DNA of 64,000 bases from Patescibacteria group bacterium (GCA_028707065.1 JAQTUZ010000003.1:2501-66500); one strand, 5' to 3'; counted from the stretch's first letter, positions 24,799 to 33,844 are shown. A program made the numbers and translations. Notes: generated from the sequence alone by a model not told the origin.

Positions 24799-24899
24799 AG
24801 TTATAATTTTTCGGAACGCGATATTTTACTTTCCGATGGACAAGTTGATTGAGCCGGACGGCAGAATATTCCGTTCCGACGCGAATAAGGGCGGTAATT

Positions 24900-26210
24900 T
24901 TATTTGTGCTGAATAATTTTGAGGCCGCCCGGCATATATTTTTGTAAAATTTCCGGTATCTTAACGCTACCGTCCGCCTGCTGATAATTTTCAATAATGG
25001 CGATCAAGATGCGGCCAATGGCGAAGGCCGTGGCATCGTTCATGTGGACAAATTCCTTTTTGCCCGCGGCGGTTTTGTATTTGATATTCAAGCGGCGGGC
25101 CTGATAATCGGTCATATAATCGGAAGTATGGGTTTCGCGATATTTTCCCTGCCCGGGCATATAGCACTCAATATCAATTTGCCGATAATCGGGCTTGCCC
25201 ATGTCGCCGGTGCAGACGGAAACGACTTGATAGGGAATTTTCAACGCGCTAACCAAATATTCCTGGACGCCGACGATAAAATCCTGTTCCTGCTGTCCCC
25301 CATCGGCCGTGGAAAAAATTTCCATTTCCAATTTATCAAACTGGTGGCGCCTTAAGATTCCCGTGGTGTCCTTGCCATAAGATCCGGCTTCGCGGCGAAA
25401 AGAAGTCGAATAGCCGATATATCTCTTGGGCAAATCTTTGGCATCAAATATTTCATCCATATGGATCGGGCCCAGGCTGTGTTCAGCGCTGCCGATCAGC
25501 AAAAGATCGTCTTCTTTAATGTAATATTTGTCTTCCAGAGGCTCGAAACGGTCCATCTTCTTCATTATTTCTGATTTGACCATATCCGGGACGATTACCG
25601 GCACAAATGGCTTAACTGAAGGATTGCCGGTTTTCTTGGCTATCTCCCCGATCGTTTTTTCATTAGTAAGCGTATCCATCACAAAATTGATCAAAGCAAA
25701 TTGCAACAAAGCCGCGCCGCCAAAAAGATAATCGAAACGCGACCCGGAAATTATGGCCGCTTTTTCCGTGTCGATTATTCCTAAGGCCGTGCCTAGTTCC
25801 ATATGATCCTTGGCCTTAAAATCAAAAACAACCGGCTCCCCTACTCTCCTTGAAACCACGTTGCCTGATTCGTCCGGGCCGATCGGCGTATCATCAGCGG
25901 CGACATTAGGAATTAAATATAAAGTTTTAAGATATTCATCCTCAATGATTGCTAAAGCTTCTTCTTGCGCGGCGATATCTTCTTTTAATTTCTTTCCCTC
26001 CTCGATTTTTTCCGGCGATGGCTTGCCGTCTTTCTTGCCTGCCTCGGCCAGTTCATTCCTTTTGGCCCGGTTAACATCGATTTGTCCCAAAAGCTCCCTT
26101 CTTTTGTCGTCAAGCGCCAATAAATCGTCAAGATTCACTTCCGCTCTTTTATTTTTTATCGCCTCCGCAACTTTTTCCTTGTTTTCACGGATAAATTTAA
26201 TATCCAACAT
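24900..26210 (-). CDS. serS: Seryl-tRNA synthetase
   Basis: MLDIKFIRENKEKV at the N-terminus, a coiled-coil arm, and class II motifs (FRREAGS, GRILIAIIEN). Confidence 0.95.
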   Translation of the reverse strand: MLDIKFIRENKEKVAEAIKNKRAEVNLDDLLALDDKRRELLGQIDVNRAKRNELAEAGKKDGKPSPEKIEEGKKLKEDIAAQEEALAIIEDEYLKTLYLIPNVAADDTPIGPDESGNVVSRRVGEPVVFDFKAKDHMELGTALGIIDTEKAAIISGSRFDYLFGGAALLQFALINFVMDTLTNEKTIGEIAKKTGNPSVKPFVPVIVPDMVKSEIMKKMDRFEPLEDKYYIKEDDLLLIGSAEHSLGPIHMDEIFDAKDLPKRYIGYSTSFRREAGSYGKDTTGILRRHQFDKLEMEIFSTADGGQQEQDFIVGVQEYLVSALKIPYQVVSVCTGDMGKPDYRQIDIECYMPGQGKYRETHTSDYMTDYQARRLNIKYKTAAGKKEFVHMNDATAFAIGRILIAIIENYQQADGSVKIPEILQKYMPGGLKIIQHK

Positions 26211-26252
26211 AACTTCAATTTAAAATTATAAATTATAAATGAAAAATATTTT

Positions 26253-26696
26253 CTAGATAATTTTTTTCAGATCGCCATTAATAATTATCGGAAACATACC
26301 GAGAATTTCTTCTTTATAGGAAATTTCCGGCAGAGGCTGAAGCAGGTAAATCGGTTTGTTCTGATAAAAAGCCAAGCCCATTTCCATTAAAGTATTACCA
26401 CCGATATAATTCGCTATTCCTTTCTTGTCGTAATTAAGAACTATTATCGCTTCACACCAATCAATCTTGTCAAAATGTTCTCTGATACCCTGTTTTTTTA
26501 TTTCCCAAATCCACTTCGCCTCATCTTTCGCCGCGTGACGGATGTTATAAAATTCCTGTGAGGAAATTATTCCGCCATCTCCGTTTGGTCTGTTGCCCGG
26601 CGGAATTTTAATTTCATGCCCCATGGCTTCCAATTCTTTTTGCACCGCCAGCATCTGATCATAAAAAGCAATGCTGCCACAAAGAGTTATCTTCAT
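26253..26696 (-). CDS. Nucleoside 2-deoxyribosyltransferase-like protein
   Basis: The MKITLCGSIAF start and GGNTLMEMGLAFYQNKPIYLL resemble the NDT-like superfamily. Weak by-eye call. Confidence 0.5.
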   Translation of the reverse strand: MKITLCGSIAFYDQMLAVQKELEAMGHEIKIPPGNRPNGDGGIISSQEFYNIRHAAKDEAKWIWEIKKQGIREHFDKIDWCEAIIVLNYDKKGIANYIGGNTLMEMGLAFYQNKPIYLLQPLPEISYKEEILGMFPIIINGDLKKII

Positions 26697-27088
26697 AAAT
26701 AGCCTAATTTTTTAAACCAATATTTATAAGCTTCCTCAAGTTTCAACTTTTTTAATTCCGAAATCGCTACCCAATTGATATTTTTTACTTCGGATTCTTC
26801 TTTTTTGAGTTTTCCCGTCCATTCCGACACTTCATATAAGAACCAATTATGGCCGACCACTCCCCTGCTGCATTCATTCCAATCCAAAAATTCATTGAAA
26901 AGCAGGCGGCTTTTTCGTACCTTTAATCCAGTTTCCTCAAAAATTTCCCGCTTCATCCCCTGCTCCGGATTTTCGCCTTCTTCGATATGTCCGGAAGGGC
27001 AAGACCAGCCGAAAGGAAAAATAGCCCGCTCGATCAAAAGGATCTCTCCTTGATTATTTTTAATTACGGCGCCGGCGGATTGATGCAT
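26693..27088 (-). CDS. NUDIX hydrolase
   Basis: Nudix box GHIEEGENPEQGMKREIFEETGL. Confidence 0.9.
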   Translation of the reverse strand: MHQSAGAVIKNNQGEILLIERAIFPFGWSCPSGHIEEGENPEQGMKREIFEETGLKVRKSRLLFNEFLDWNECSRGVVGHNWFLYEVSEWTGKLKKEESEVKNINWVAISELKKLKLEEAYKYWFKKLGYL

Positions 27089-27101
27089 GTTTATATTGGC
27101 G

Positions 27102-28592
27102 TTATGTGTTATGCGATTTCGGTTTCATCAGCGGAAATAACTGGCATTCGCGGATCGGTTTATCGACCAGAAAGGCGAATAAGCGTTCGCCAAAACCAAA
27201 CCCGCAGGTAGGCGGCATGCCATGTTCGAGCATCTCCACGAATTCCCAATCCGGCATCATCGCTTCCTTGTCGCCGCGGTCGATCAATTTTTGCTGTTCC
27301 TCAAAGCGCTGGCGCTGTTCCAGCGGATCATTCAATTCCGAATAGCCATTGCCAATTTCCGAACCGGCGATAATGACCTGAAAACGCTCGGTCAGCTCGG
27401 GATTACCGGGCAGTGATTTAGCCAGCGGCGAAACAAGCTTGGGATGATTGACCGCAAAAGCCGGGCCAACGATCTTTTTCCGGCAGAATTTCCAAAGCGT
27501 GTCAATCAGGCGTTCCTTGCTATCGCCTTCATATTTAACATTCAACTCGGCTAATTTGTTTTTAATCTTTTCCACGTCCGCGTCCAAAACATCAATTCCC
27601 GTCTCATCTTTGATCTTGGCGCAATAATCAATTCTGGGCCAATCCCCTTTTAAATCGTATTCCTGATCCTTGGTTTTAAATTCGGTGGTGTTGAAAACAT
27701 CTTTGGCGATTTTTTGATAAAGCTCCTGGACAATCTTCATCCCGTCTTCATAGTTCGCATACGCCCAATAAAATTCCAGATTGGTGAATTCCTGAACGTG
27801 ATCGGGAGAAGATCCTTCATTGCGGAAAACCCGGCCGATTTCGAAAGTCTTTTCAAAGCCGCCGGCCATCAATCTTTTTTGCCAGAGCTCGCCGACAGAA
27901 ATTCTTAAATAAAGATCAAGATTAAAATCATCATGATGGGTGCGGAACGGATTGGCTTCGGCGCCGCCGGTAGTATTTTCCAAGCTGGGAGTTTCCACTT
28001 CCAAAAATCCTTTTTCCTGCATAAAACCGCGCACCGTGTTCCAAAATTTTGCTTTCTTGACGAAGAGATCGCGAACTTCCGGATCGGTCAGGAGATCCAA
28101 ATATCTGAGGCGAAATCGTTCATCTTCGTTTTCCAAACCATGCCATTTTTCCGGCAAAGGCAGAAGAGCTTTGGCTAAAATTTTCCAGCTCGAAACCATC
28201 AAGCTTTTTTCGCCTTTGTGGGTGACAAAACAAGTGCCGGCCGCCTCGATAAAATCGCCCATATCGATCAGCTTGGTAAATTTTTTGAATTCTTCGAGGC
28301 CGATGTCTTTTTTGGAAAATGCTAATTGCATCTTGCCGGTGCCGTCAAAAAGTTCGATAAAAGTCAGATTGCCAAATTCCCTTTTGATCATTATTCTTCC
28401 CGCGAGAACAATTGTTTCTTTGGCGGCTTCCAGATCGGAAAAATCCGTCAAAGCGGCAAGGATCGAATGAGTTCGGGGTGATTTATCCGGAAAAGGATTG
28501 CTGCCGGATTTTTTTAGTTCCTCAAGTTTTTTCAAGCGGTCTTCTCTCTCGCCAGGAGTATGTTCAGCGCCATTTTGTTTTTCGTTTGACAT
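27102..28592 (-). CDS. lysS: Lysyl-tRNA synthetase (class II)
   Basis: OB-fold anticodon domain (VLAGRIMIKREFGNLTFIELFDGTGKMQL). Class II motifs FRNEGSSPDHVQEFT and GFGFGERL. Confidence 0.95.
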   Translation of the reverse strand: MSNEKQNGAEHTPGEREDRLKKLEELKKSGSNPFPDKSPRTHSILAALTDFSDLEAAKETIVLAGRIMIKREFGNLTFIELFDGTGKMQLAFSKKDIGLEEFKKFTKLIDMGDFIEAAGTCFVTHKGEKSLMVSSWKILAKALLPLPEKWHGLENEDERFRLRYLDLLTDPEVRDLFVKKAKFWNTVRGFMQEKGFLEVETPSLENTTGGAEANPFRTHHDDFNLDLYLRISVGELWQKRLMAGGFEKTFEIGRVFRNEGSSPDHVQEFTNLEFYWAYANYEDGMKIVQELYQKIAKDVFNTTEFKTKDQEYDLKGDWPRIDYCAKIKDETGIDVLDADVEKIKNKLAELNVKYEGDSKERLIDTLWKFCRKKIVGPAFAVNHPKLVSPLAKSLPGNPELTERFQVIIAGSEIGNGYSELNDPLEQRQRFEEQQKLIDRGDKEAMMPDWEFVEMLEHGMPPTCGFGFGERLFAFLVDKPIRECQLFPLMKPKSHNT

Positions 28593-28650
28593 ATAAACAA
28601 AAAATCTTTCCCCTCCCGTAAGAAAGGAAATTGCTAATATTTATGTAGTT

Positions 28651-28679
28651 ATTTTAATTCATTTTAAGTTTGTTGTCAA
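28651..28679 (-). promoter_or_regulatory. Promoter TTGACA-17-TAAAAT for lysS
   Basis: On the minus strand, TTGACA (28679-28674), a 17-nt spacer, then TAAAAT (28656-28651). It lies about 55 nt upstream of the lysS ATG. Confidence 0.55.
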
Positions 28680-28808
28680 AATAACATGACGCGAATCTAC
28701 GGATTGTTCGCGAATACTACAAATTATTTATCGAATTGTTAAAGTATAATTTGTTAATCTGTTCGCAGTATTCGCATTATATTTTGTATTTCAAATTTTG
28801 ATTTTAGC

Positions 28809-28845
28809 TAAAAAAAGCCCTCGGAAAAAAAATAGGGCCGAGGGC
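28809..28845 (-). terminator. Rho-independent terminator (minus strand)
   Basis: gccctcgg (28817-28824) pairs with ccgagggc (28838-28845). On the minus strand the hairpin is followed by T7. Confidence 0.75.
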
Positions 28846-29026
28846 AAGATGCGAGTGGAAAGAAAGGAAGGAACGGGGTGGGAAGATAGAGAGAAGGAGC
28901 GAAAAAAAATTGATTGAAAAAGGGGGAAAGGAAGAGAAAAGAGAGAAGAGAGAGAAAAAAAGTTAAAAGGGTCGGGGAAGGAGGTTGAGCGGGAGGGGGG
29001 GTAAATGGGCTTGGGAATGGGGTGAT
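28846..29026. repeat. Polypurine/polypyrimidine tract (~180 bp, about 85% purine on the plus strand by hand count)
   Basis: ggaaagaaaggaaggaacggggtgggaagatagagagaaggagcg...gggggaaaggaagagaaaagagagaagagagagaaaaaaag...ggggaaggaggttgagcgggaggggggg. I counted only about six C on the plus strand. Confidence 0.85.
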
Positions 29027-29143
29027 ATCAATCAATTTAATTTAAAGGTGCGGGAGATTTTTTGTTTTTGGTGTTTTGCTTTTGGTGTTTTTTGCGGGGG
29101 TGATTAAGAACTGTTTTTTATTCTGGCGGTTCAGGCGCCAGCT

Positions 29144-29185
29144 AAAAGAAAAACAGGTGAGGTCGGCCGCTTTCGCGGCCACCTG
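29144..29185 (-). terminator. Rho-independent terminator (minus strand) with GAAA tetraloop
   Basis: Minus strand: caggtggccgc-gaaa-gcggccgacctcacctg followed by tttttctttt. Confidence 0.7.
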
Positions 29186-29252
29186 CTTCCCCGCCCCCCG
29201 ATCAAAATCGGGGGTTGGCGGTTTTCCCCGACCCATCCTTTACAGTGAAGCA

Positions 29253-29336
29253 TCATACGCATAAAATGCGTATTATAATTGCCTCTAGGAAGGGCCAAGC
29301 AAGAATGACCGTTGTCGCGATGAAAATAACTTTCAT
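29253..29336 (-). CDS. 27-aa hydrophobic peptide MKVIFIATTVILAWPFLEAIIIRILCV
   Basis: Too short for the ORF track (shorter than any ORF it lists). AGGAGG (29347-29342) lies 5 nt upstream of the ATG. A terminator sits about 70 nt downstream, and the flanks are GC-rich and structured. Confidence 0.45.
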   Translation of the reverse strand: MKVIFIATTVILAWPFLEAIIIRILCV

Positions 29337-29465
29337 GCTCCCCTCCTTTCAAGGAAGACTTTTACAGCACAAGGGCATAGAAGCACTATACCCGCCCCCT
29401 TTTTATCATAGTCCTAAAAATGTGTCAATATTGACAAAACAATGAATATTAATCATTCTTGGGCA

Positions 29466-29498
29466 ACAAAAAAAGACGGAACATCGCCGTCTTTTTTG
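29466..29498. terminator. Bidirectional terminator downstream of greA
   Basis: A-run, aagacgg/ccgtctt stem, then T6. Confidence 0.8.
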
Positions 29499-29542
29499 AA
29501 TATTTTAAAGTATAAATTTATTTAACTAATTGGCCAATCAAC

Positions 29543-30016
29543 TTATTCAATCCCCAATATTTTATATTTCATCTCCCCTTTTGGTGTTTCCACTATTACT
29601 TCGTCCCCTTTCTTGCGCCCCAGGAAAGCCATGCCCAGCGGCGATTCGTTGGAGATCTTGCCTTCGCCCGGAGCCGCTTCGTTAAAACTGACGATCGAGA
29701 AATTCTTTTCTTCGCCGGTTTTCACGTTTTGCGCCTTGATCTTCGAACCCATGGCCGCTTTGCCATTGCCATTGCCATGACCGTCGCTTTCCACGACAGT
29801 TAAATTTTTTAACAGATTCGAGAGCTCGATGATCCGGCCGTCATTAAAGGCTTGCGCGTCTTTGGCTTCATGATATTCGGCGTTCTCGCTTAAATCGCCC
29901 AACTCTTTGGCTTTCTCGATCCGATCAGCGATCTCTTTTCTCTTGACGTTAACCGCGAGATCCAACTCTTCCTGCAATTTATTAAACCCTTCTTGAGAAA
30001 TGATTTGATCGGGCAT
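29543..30016 (-). CDS. greA: Transcription elongation factor GreA
   Basis: GFNKLQEELD...ELGDLSENAEYHEAKDAQAFNDGRIIEL is canonical GreA. A Gly/Asn-rich insert lies between the two domains. Confidence 0.93.
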   Translation of the reverse strand: MPDQIISQEGFNKLQEELDLAVNVKRKEIADRIEKAKELGDLSENAEYHEAKDAQAFNDGRIIELSNLLKNLTVVESDGHGNGNGKAAMGSKIKAQNVKTGEEKNFSIVSFNEAAPGEGKISNESPLGMAFLGRKKGDEVIVETPKGEMKYKILGIE

Positions 30017-30034
30017 AGCTAAAATTATAAATTA

Positions 30035-30072
30035 TGCCGACGCGAGGTCGGCATCCCGAGCTTACCCCGGGA
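30035..30072. repeat. Double-hairpin GC-rich repeat (second copy of 236-273)
   Basis: tgccgacgcgaggtcggcatcccgagcttaccccggga. Confidence 0.75.
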
Positions 30073-30166
30073 TAAATGATGAATGCTAAAATAATCCCGA
30101 TTGATAAATTTATCAACCATCAACTAACGTTTTTTTAATTTTTTATAGTCTTAAATATAGTACAAA

Positions 30167-31723
30167 CTAGGAACAAGCGCAAGCCCCCCTCCGCTCATGA
30201 TAAATCGCGGCCGCGGCCAGCAATAAAAAGCCGATTCCCAAAGGATGATTAGTGTAAGGGCTGAAGAAGCTGACAATAGTTATCAACAAGAGGCCGGCGC
30301 TTAATCCCCAGGCGAGCCAAGTTTTAATTTTCCAGGCATCCTTAATGACTTTACCGATCAGTAATAAATAAGCGAGCAGGCCGAACAAGCCAAGCTTCAA
30401 CCAGATATCCAGCCAGCCCCATTCGAAAGCATAGGTGGTGTAGGTTCCGCCCGGGCTGGCAGCCAAAATGCGCGGATCGCTGGCGCGGTAAGTGATCGTC
30501 GTACCAAAACCATCGCCCCAAACCGGATCATTGCTGATTTTTTGCCATAAAGGCGGCAACAAGGAATAGCGCGAAGCCAGAGCGGCTTCATTGGAAATTT
30601 TCCCGGCGCGATCGGCCAGGGCCCGGGTAATGTCAAAATCGATGCTTGGTTGGGGAAAAGGAAAACGGGCCACGGCAAAAATAAGCGCGAGGCTCGCGAT
30701 CAAGGAAATAAAAAGAAGCGAGATCAGGGAAAAAAGTTTTTTCCAGCCATAATTTTTAGCGGTCAGCCAGGCGTAGAAAATGAAAACGGCCGCGGCGCCG
30801 ACCCAAAAACTGCGGGAAAAACTGATCGCCAATGTTCCGATCATCGCCGTTCCGGCGGCGGCGGCGAAGATAATCTTGCGCCGGCTTTTCTTGATTTCTT
30901 CCCAAAAATGGTTGACGGCGAACAAACCGAGAAACAGCGAGAGCAGAACATAGATCTGCGACTGCATAAAAATTCGCACAAAGCCGTTGGGCATCACTGT
31001 TATTTCTCCGACCAGCGTGTCCCTCACCCATTGATATATCCGATCGGTTAAAAGCCAATGCCAAATGCTCGAATCGGGAAAAGCATGAGTGAAAAAGAAA
31101 AACAATAAAAAAGTTTTAAAACAAATCCAGGCCGTGCCGGCGGCCAGCAGGCGCCAAACCGGCGCAAAGGGCCGGTCGCCGGCGATCGCCGGATTGAAGA
31201 AAGTTTCATAAAAAGGAAAGATCAAAAGGAAAAACAGCCAGCCGTTGGCGTCAAAAAAAATATTTTGCCAGTCATTACCGCGGAAATATCCGATCAGGAC
31301 GCCCAAGACGAGAAAAAAACCAAGGATCAGAAAATAAGAAAAATTAGCCGTCTTGAAAAAATTAGTCTGCAAGAATATCGAATGCTGTTTTTTTTGTTTG
31401 TCCAGCAAAGCGAATAAAAAATCTTTGCTCCAAACCGAAATTACCACCAGCCATAAAGCGATGCGCAAAGATATTTTTACCGTCCCAAGATCAAGATGCA
31501 GAAGATAGCCTTGCGAGCCGATGAACAATTCTAACAAAATTATCCAAACGCCGTATTTGATATTAACGAGCGACAAGATCAAGGTCAACAAAACTACCAA
31601 AGCAAAAACCCAATGATCGATATCTAAAAAAAGATGCCCGAAAAAGGACATTAATTCGACAATTGCGATTACCAAAATGATAAAATAAAACGCGGGATTG
31701 AAAATTTTTTTTAAATCTTCCAT
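30167..31723 (-). CDS. O-antigen ligase-like polytopic membrane protein
   Basis: More than 10 TM helices, a central loop block LAISFSRSFWVGAAAVFIF typical of Wzy_C/O-antigen ligase, and a glycan-gene neighbourhood. Confidence 0.6.
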   Translation of the reverse strand: MEDLKKIFNPAFYFIILVIAIVELMSFFGHLFLDIDHWVFALVVLLTLILSLVNIKYGVWIILLELFIGSQGYLLHLDLGTVKISLRIALWLVVISVWSKDFLFALLDKQKKQHSIFLQTNFFKTANFSYFLILGFFLVLGVLIGYFRGNDWQNIFFDANGWLFFLLIFPFYETFFNPAIAGDRPFAPVWRLLAAGTAWICFKTFLLFFFFTHAFPDSSIWHWLLTDRIYQWVRDTLVGEITVMPNGFVRIFMQSQIYVLLSLFLGLFAVNHFWEEIKKSRRKIIFAAAAGTAMIGTLAISFSRSFWVGAAAVFIFYAWLTAKNYGWKKLFSLISLLFISLIASLALIFAVARFPFPQPSIDFDITRALADRAGKISNEAALASRYSLLPPLWQKISNDPVWGDGFGTTITYRASDPRILAASPGGTYTTYAFEWGWLDIWLKLGLFGLLAYLLLIGKVIKDAWKIKTWLAWGLSAGLLLITIVSFFSPYTNHPLGIGFLLLAAAAIYHERRGACACS

Positions 31724-31740
31724 ATAATATATAATCCGAA

Positions 31741-31890
31741 TACTACAAACTGTATCCGAGTACTACGAACTCTACAAAACGAACAGGATGTTCGAAAAAA
31801 ATGTTCGTAGTATTCGGACACATTATAACTAATTCGGATGAGCCGCATTCGTAGTGCGGCGGACGAATCACGTAGGTTCGGATTATATTT
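31741..31890. repeat. acgaac/gttcgt word hairpins
   Basis: ccgagtactacgaac pairs with gttcgtagtattcgg (one mismatch). A second hairpin is ccgca-ttcgtag-tgcgg. Confidence 0.7.
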
Positions 31891-31896
31891 TTAACA

Positions 31897-32622
31897 TTAT
31901 TTCTTTTCTTTTTTCGGCAACAGCAAACCGTGTTTTTCTTTGACGATCCGCACCGCCAGATTGTATTTTTTAACTGTTGGCAAAAATGGCAAAAATTTAT
32001 AGGCGACCGACGGCAGCCAGCTGGACATGGTCCCGCCGGTGCAAGCGGAAAAAAGCGGCTTGTCGATCCAAATCCCCTTGTCACCCTGTTCGCTGATGGT
32101 CAGCCATAGATCCCAGTCTTGAAATTTCTTCAGATTTTCGTCCCAGCCGGTGATCGGAAAATTTTTCGCGCGGATCATCGACATCGTGGAAATATAAGGC
32201 ATCTGCCTTAATTTTTTCGCGTCAAAGTCTTGCAGTTTGAAAAGTTTATCGCCCCACTTGAAAGAACAATAAACAAAGGCGGCTTCGGGATGATTCTTCA
32301 GAGCGTTGATCATCTCCCAAAAGCAATTGCGGTCTAAAACAACATCGGCGTCGCAAAAAAATAAGTAATCCCCTTTTGAAGCCTGAAAACCGTGATTGCG
32401 GGCATTGGGCGCGCCCTTATTCGCTTGTTCGATCGATCGATAGCTGATTTCCGCCAATTTAAATTTATCCTTAAACGAATCAATGACCTCGGCGGTATTA
32501 TCGGTCGAGCCGTCGTTAACCGCGATAACTTCAAAATCTTTATAACTTTGCACTAAAACGCTGTAAAGGCAGCACCTTAATTTTTCACCCTGATTATAGG
32601 CGGGAATGATGACACTGATCAT
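31897..32622 (-). CDS. Glycosyltransferase family 2
   Basis: ISVIIPAYNQGEKL...VIAVNDGSTDNT and a DAD motif (FFCDADVV). Confidence 0.9.
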   Translation of the reverse strand: MISVIIPAYNQGEKLRCCLYSVLVQSYKDFEVIAVNDGSTDNTAEVIDSFKDKFKLAEISYRSIEQANKGAPNARNHGFQASKGDYLFFCDADVVLDRNCFWEMINALKNHPEAAFVYCSFKWGDKLFKLQDFDAKKLRQMPYISTMSMIRAKNFPITGWDENLKKFQDWDLWLTISEQGDKGIWIDKPLFSACTGGTMSSWLPSVAYKFLPFLPTVKKYNLAVRIVKEKHGLLLPKKEKK

Positions 32623-32727
32623 AAATTGGTTGATTAGTTGATTGGTTAATTAGTTGTTGAACAGTCGGCTTCGTTCAACGAGAAATTGGTTGTAATAAAA
32701 CCAATTAACTAATTAACCGATTAACTA
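32623..32727. repeat. Cargo-less long hairpin of the ttaattagtt/aactaattaa word family
   Basis: ggttaattagtt (32644-32655) pairs with aactaattaacc (32708-32719). There is a central gttgaac/gttcaac stem. The right arm encodes the last six codons and stop of the GT4 gene. Confidence 0.75.
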
Positions 32728-33844
32728 TTTTTTCTACCATTTTTTTAGCACTAAAATTTTCCACAACGCGCCTTTTGCCTTGCTCGCCCAATGACTGCCT
32801 TAATTTGGGATCGGCCGCCAGTTTGATGACCGCTTGGGCGATTTCTTCCGGTTTTTCCGGATCAATCAGCAAGCCGTTGATATCGTGGATTACCGCGTCG
32901 CGCACTCCCCCGCTGTCTCCGGCAATCACCGGCTTGCCGGCCAAGTTCGCTTCCAGATAAACCGTGCCGAAACCTTCATAATCGCCGGCGATATTCCGGG
33001 AGGGCATTATAAATATATCACATAACTCAAGCCATGCCCACCGGTCGGCGTCGGAAATCTGCCCCAAAAAAATAATTTTATTATTAATCTCCGCCGGCAA
33101 GCCCGCAGCCATTTTTTTAAAAGTATCGGCATCCGGTCCGGCGCCGGCAATCACATAAACCGTAGCAGGGGCTGATTTAAGTATCGCGCTCATCGCTTCG
33201 ATCACTTTATCAAAGCCTTTGCGCCGCACCAATCGGCCCAAACCCAGCAAGACTGTTTTATTTTCCTGGCCATATTGCCGTAGCAGGTCCTGGACGCGGC
33301 GCGGGTTTCTGACAAAGCTCGGTTCGATGCCCGGATTGACCAGGCCCATTTTTTCGGCAAAACTGCCATTGAAAACTTTGACCGAATTAGCCGTATAGCT
33401 GTTGGAACAAATGATCTTGTCCGCCCCGCGCAAAATTTTTTCAGTGATTCGCCTCTTTCTTTTGGTGGCGGTAGCTAAGGAAAAATCCAGGCCATGAAGC
33501 AGTACGGTATATTTGAATTTGATGAATTTGGATAAATAATAAGCGACAATGCCCAGCGGAAGTATTTGCCCCACGATCACCCGTACTTCTCCGCCCAGAT
33601 CATTGATCGCCGAGCGCAACTGGAAAAAAGCCGGTAACCAGCGCGGCCGGATCTTAGCGGATAACAACCGGCGATATTTTATCGGCTCGCGGTCTTTTAC
33701 TCCCAAGGCGTCATCAGCTAAAACAAACAAACTGCCTGCCGGCCAATATTCGGCATAATTTTCGTAGAGCGTCGCTACGCCGCCCTTTTGCGGCGGAAAT
33801 TCCAAAGTGACTAATAAATATTTTTTTTCGGCCAATGGTTTCAT
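32705..33844 (-). CDS. Glycosyltransferase family 4 (GT-B, group 1)
   Basis: EGFGTVYLEANLAGKPVIAGDSGGVRDAV is the E-x7-E region typical of GT4. Confidence 0.9.
   Translation of the reverse strand: MKPLAEKKYLLVTLEFPPQKGGVATLYENYAEYWPAGSLFVLADDALGVKDREPIKYRRLLSAKIRPRWLPAFFQLRSAINDLGGEVRVIVGQILPLGIVAYYLSKFIKFKYTVLLHGLDFSLATATKRKRRITEKILRGADKIICSNSYTANSVKVFNGSFAEKMGLVNPGIEPSFVRNPRRVQDLLRQYGQENKTVLLGLGRLVRRKGFDKVIEAMSAILKSAPATVYVIAGAGPDADTFKKMAAGLPAEINNKIIFLGQISDADRWAWLELCDIFIMPSRNIAGDYEGFGTVYLEANLAGKPVIAGDSGGVRDAVIHDINGLLIDPEKPEEIAQAVIKLAADPKLRQSLGEQGKRRVVENFSAKKMVEKIVNRLIS

Noticed and set aside
28808-29035. 75-aa Pro/Phe/Leu/Ser-rich ORF on the minus strand
   Set aside because: It is simply the translation of the polypyrimidine strand. 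It starts at a TTG without an SD and reads through the terminator hairpin.
29154-29185. SRP (4.5S) RNA helix-8-like sequence CAGGUGAGGUC...ACCUGC
   Set aside because: On the plus strand the loop is UUUC and the 3' side lacks the conserved AGCA. On the minus strand the motifs are in the wrong order. It is better explained as a minus-strand terminator with a GAAA loop and T-tail.
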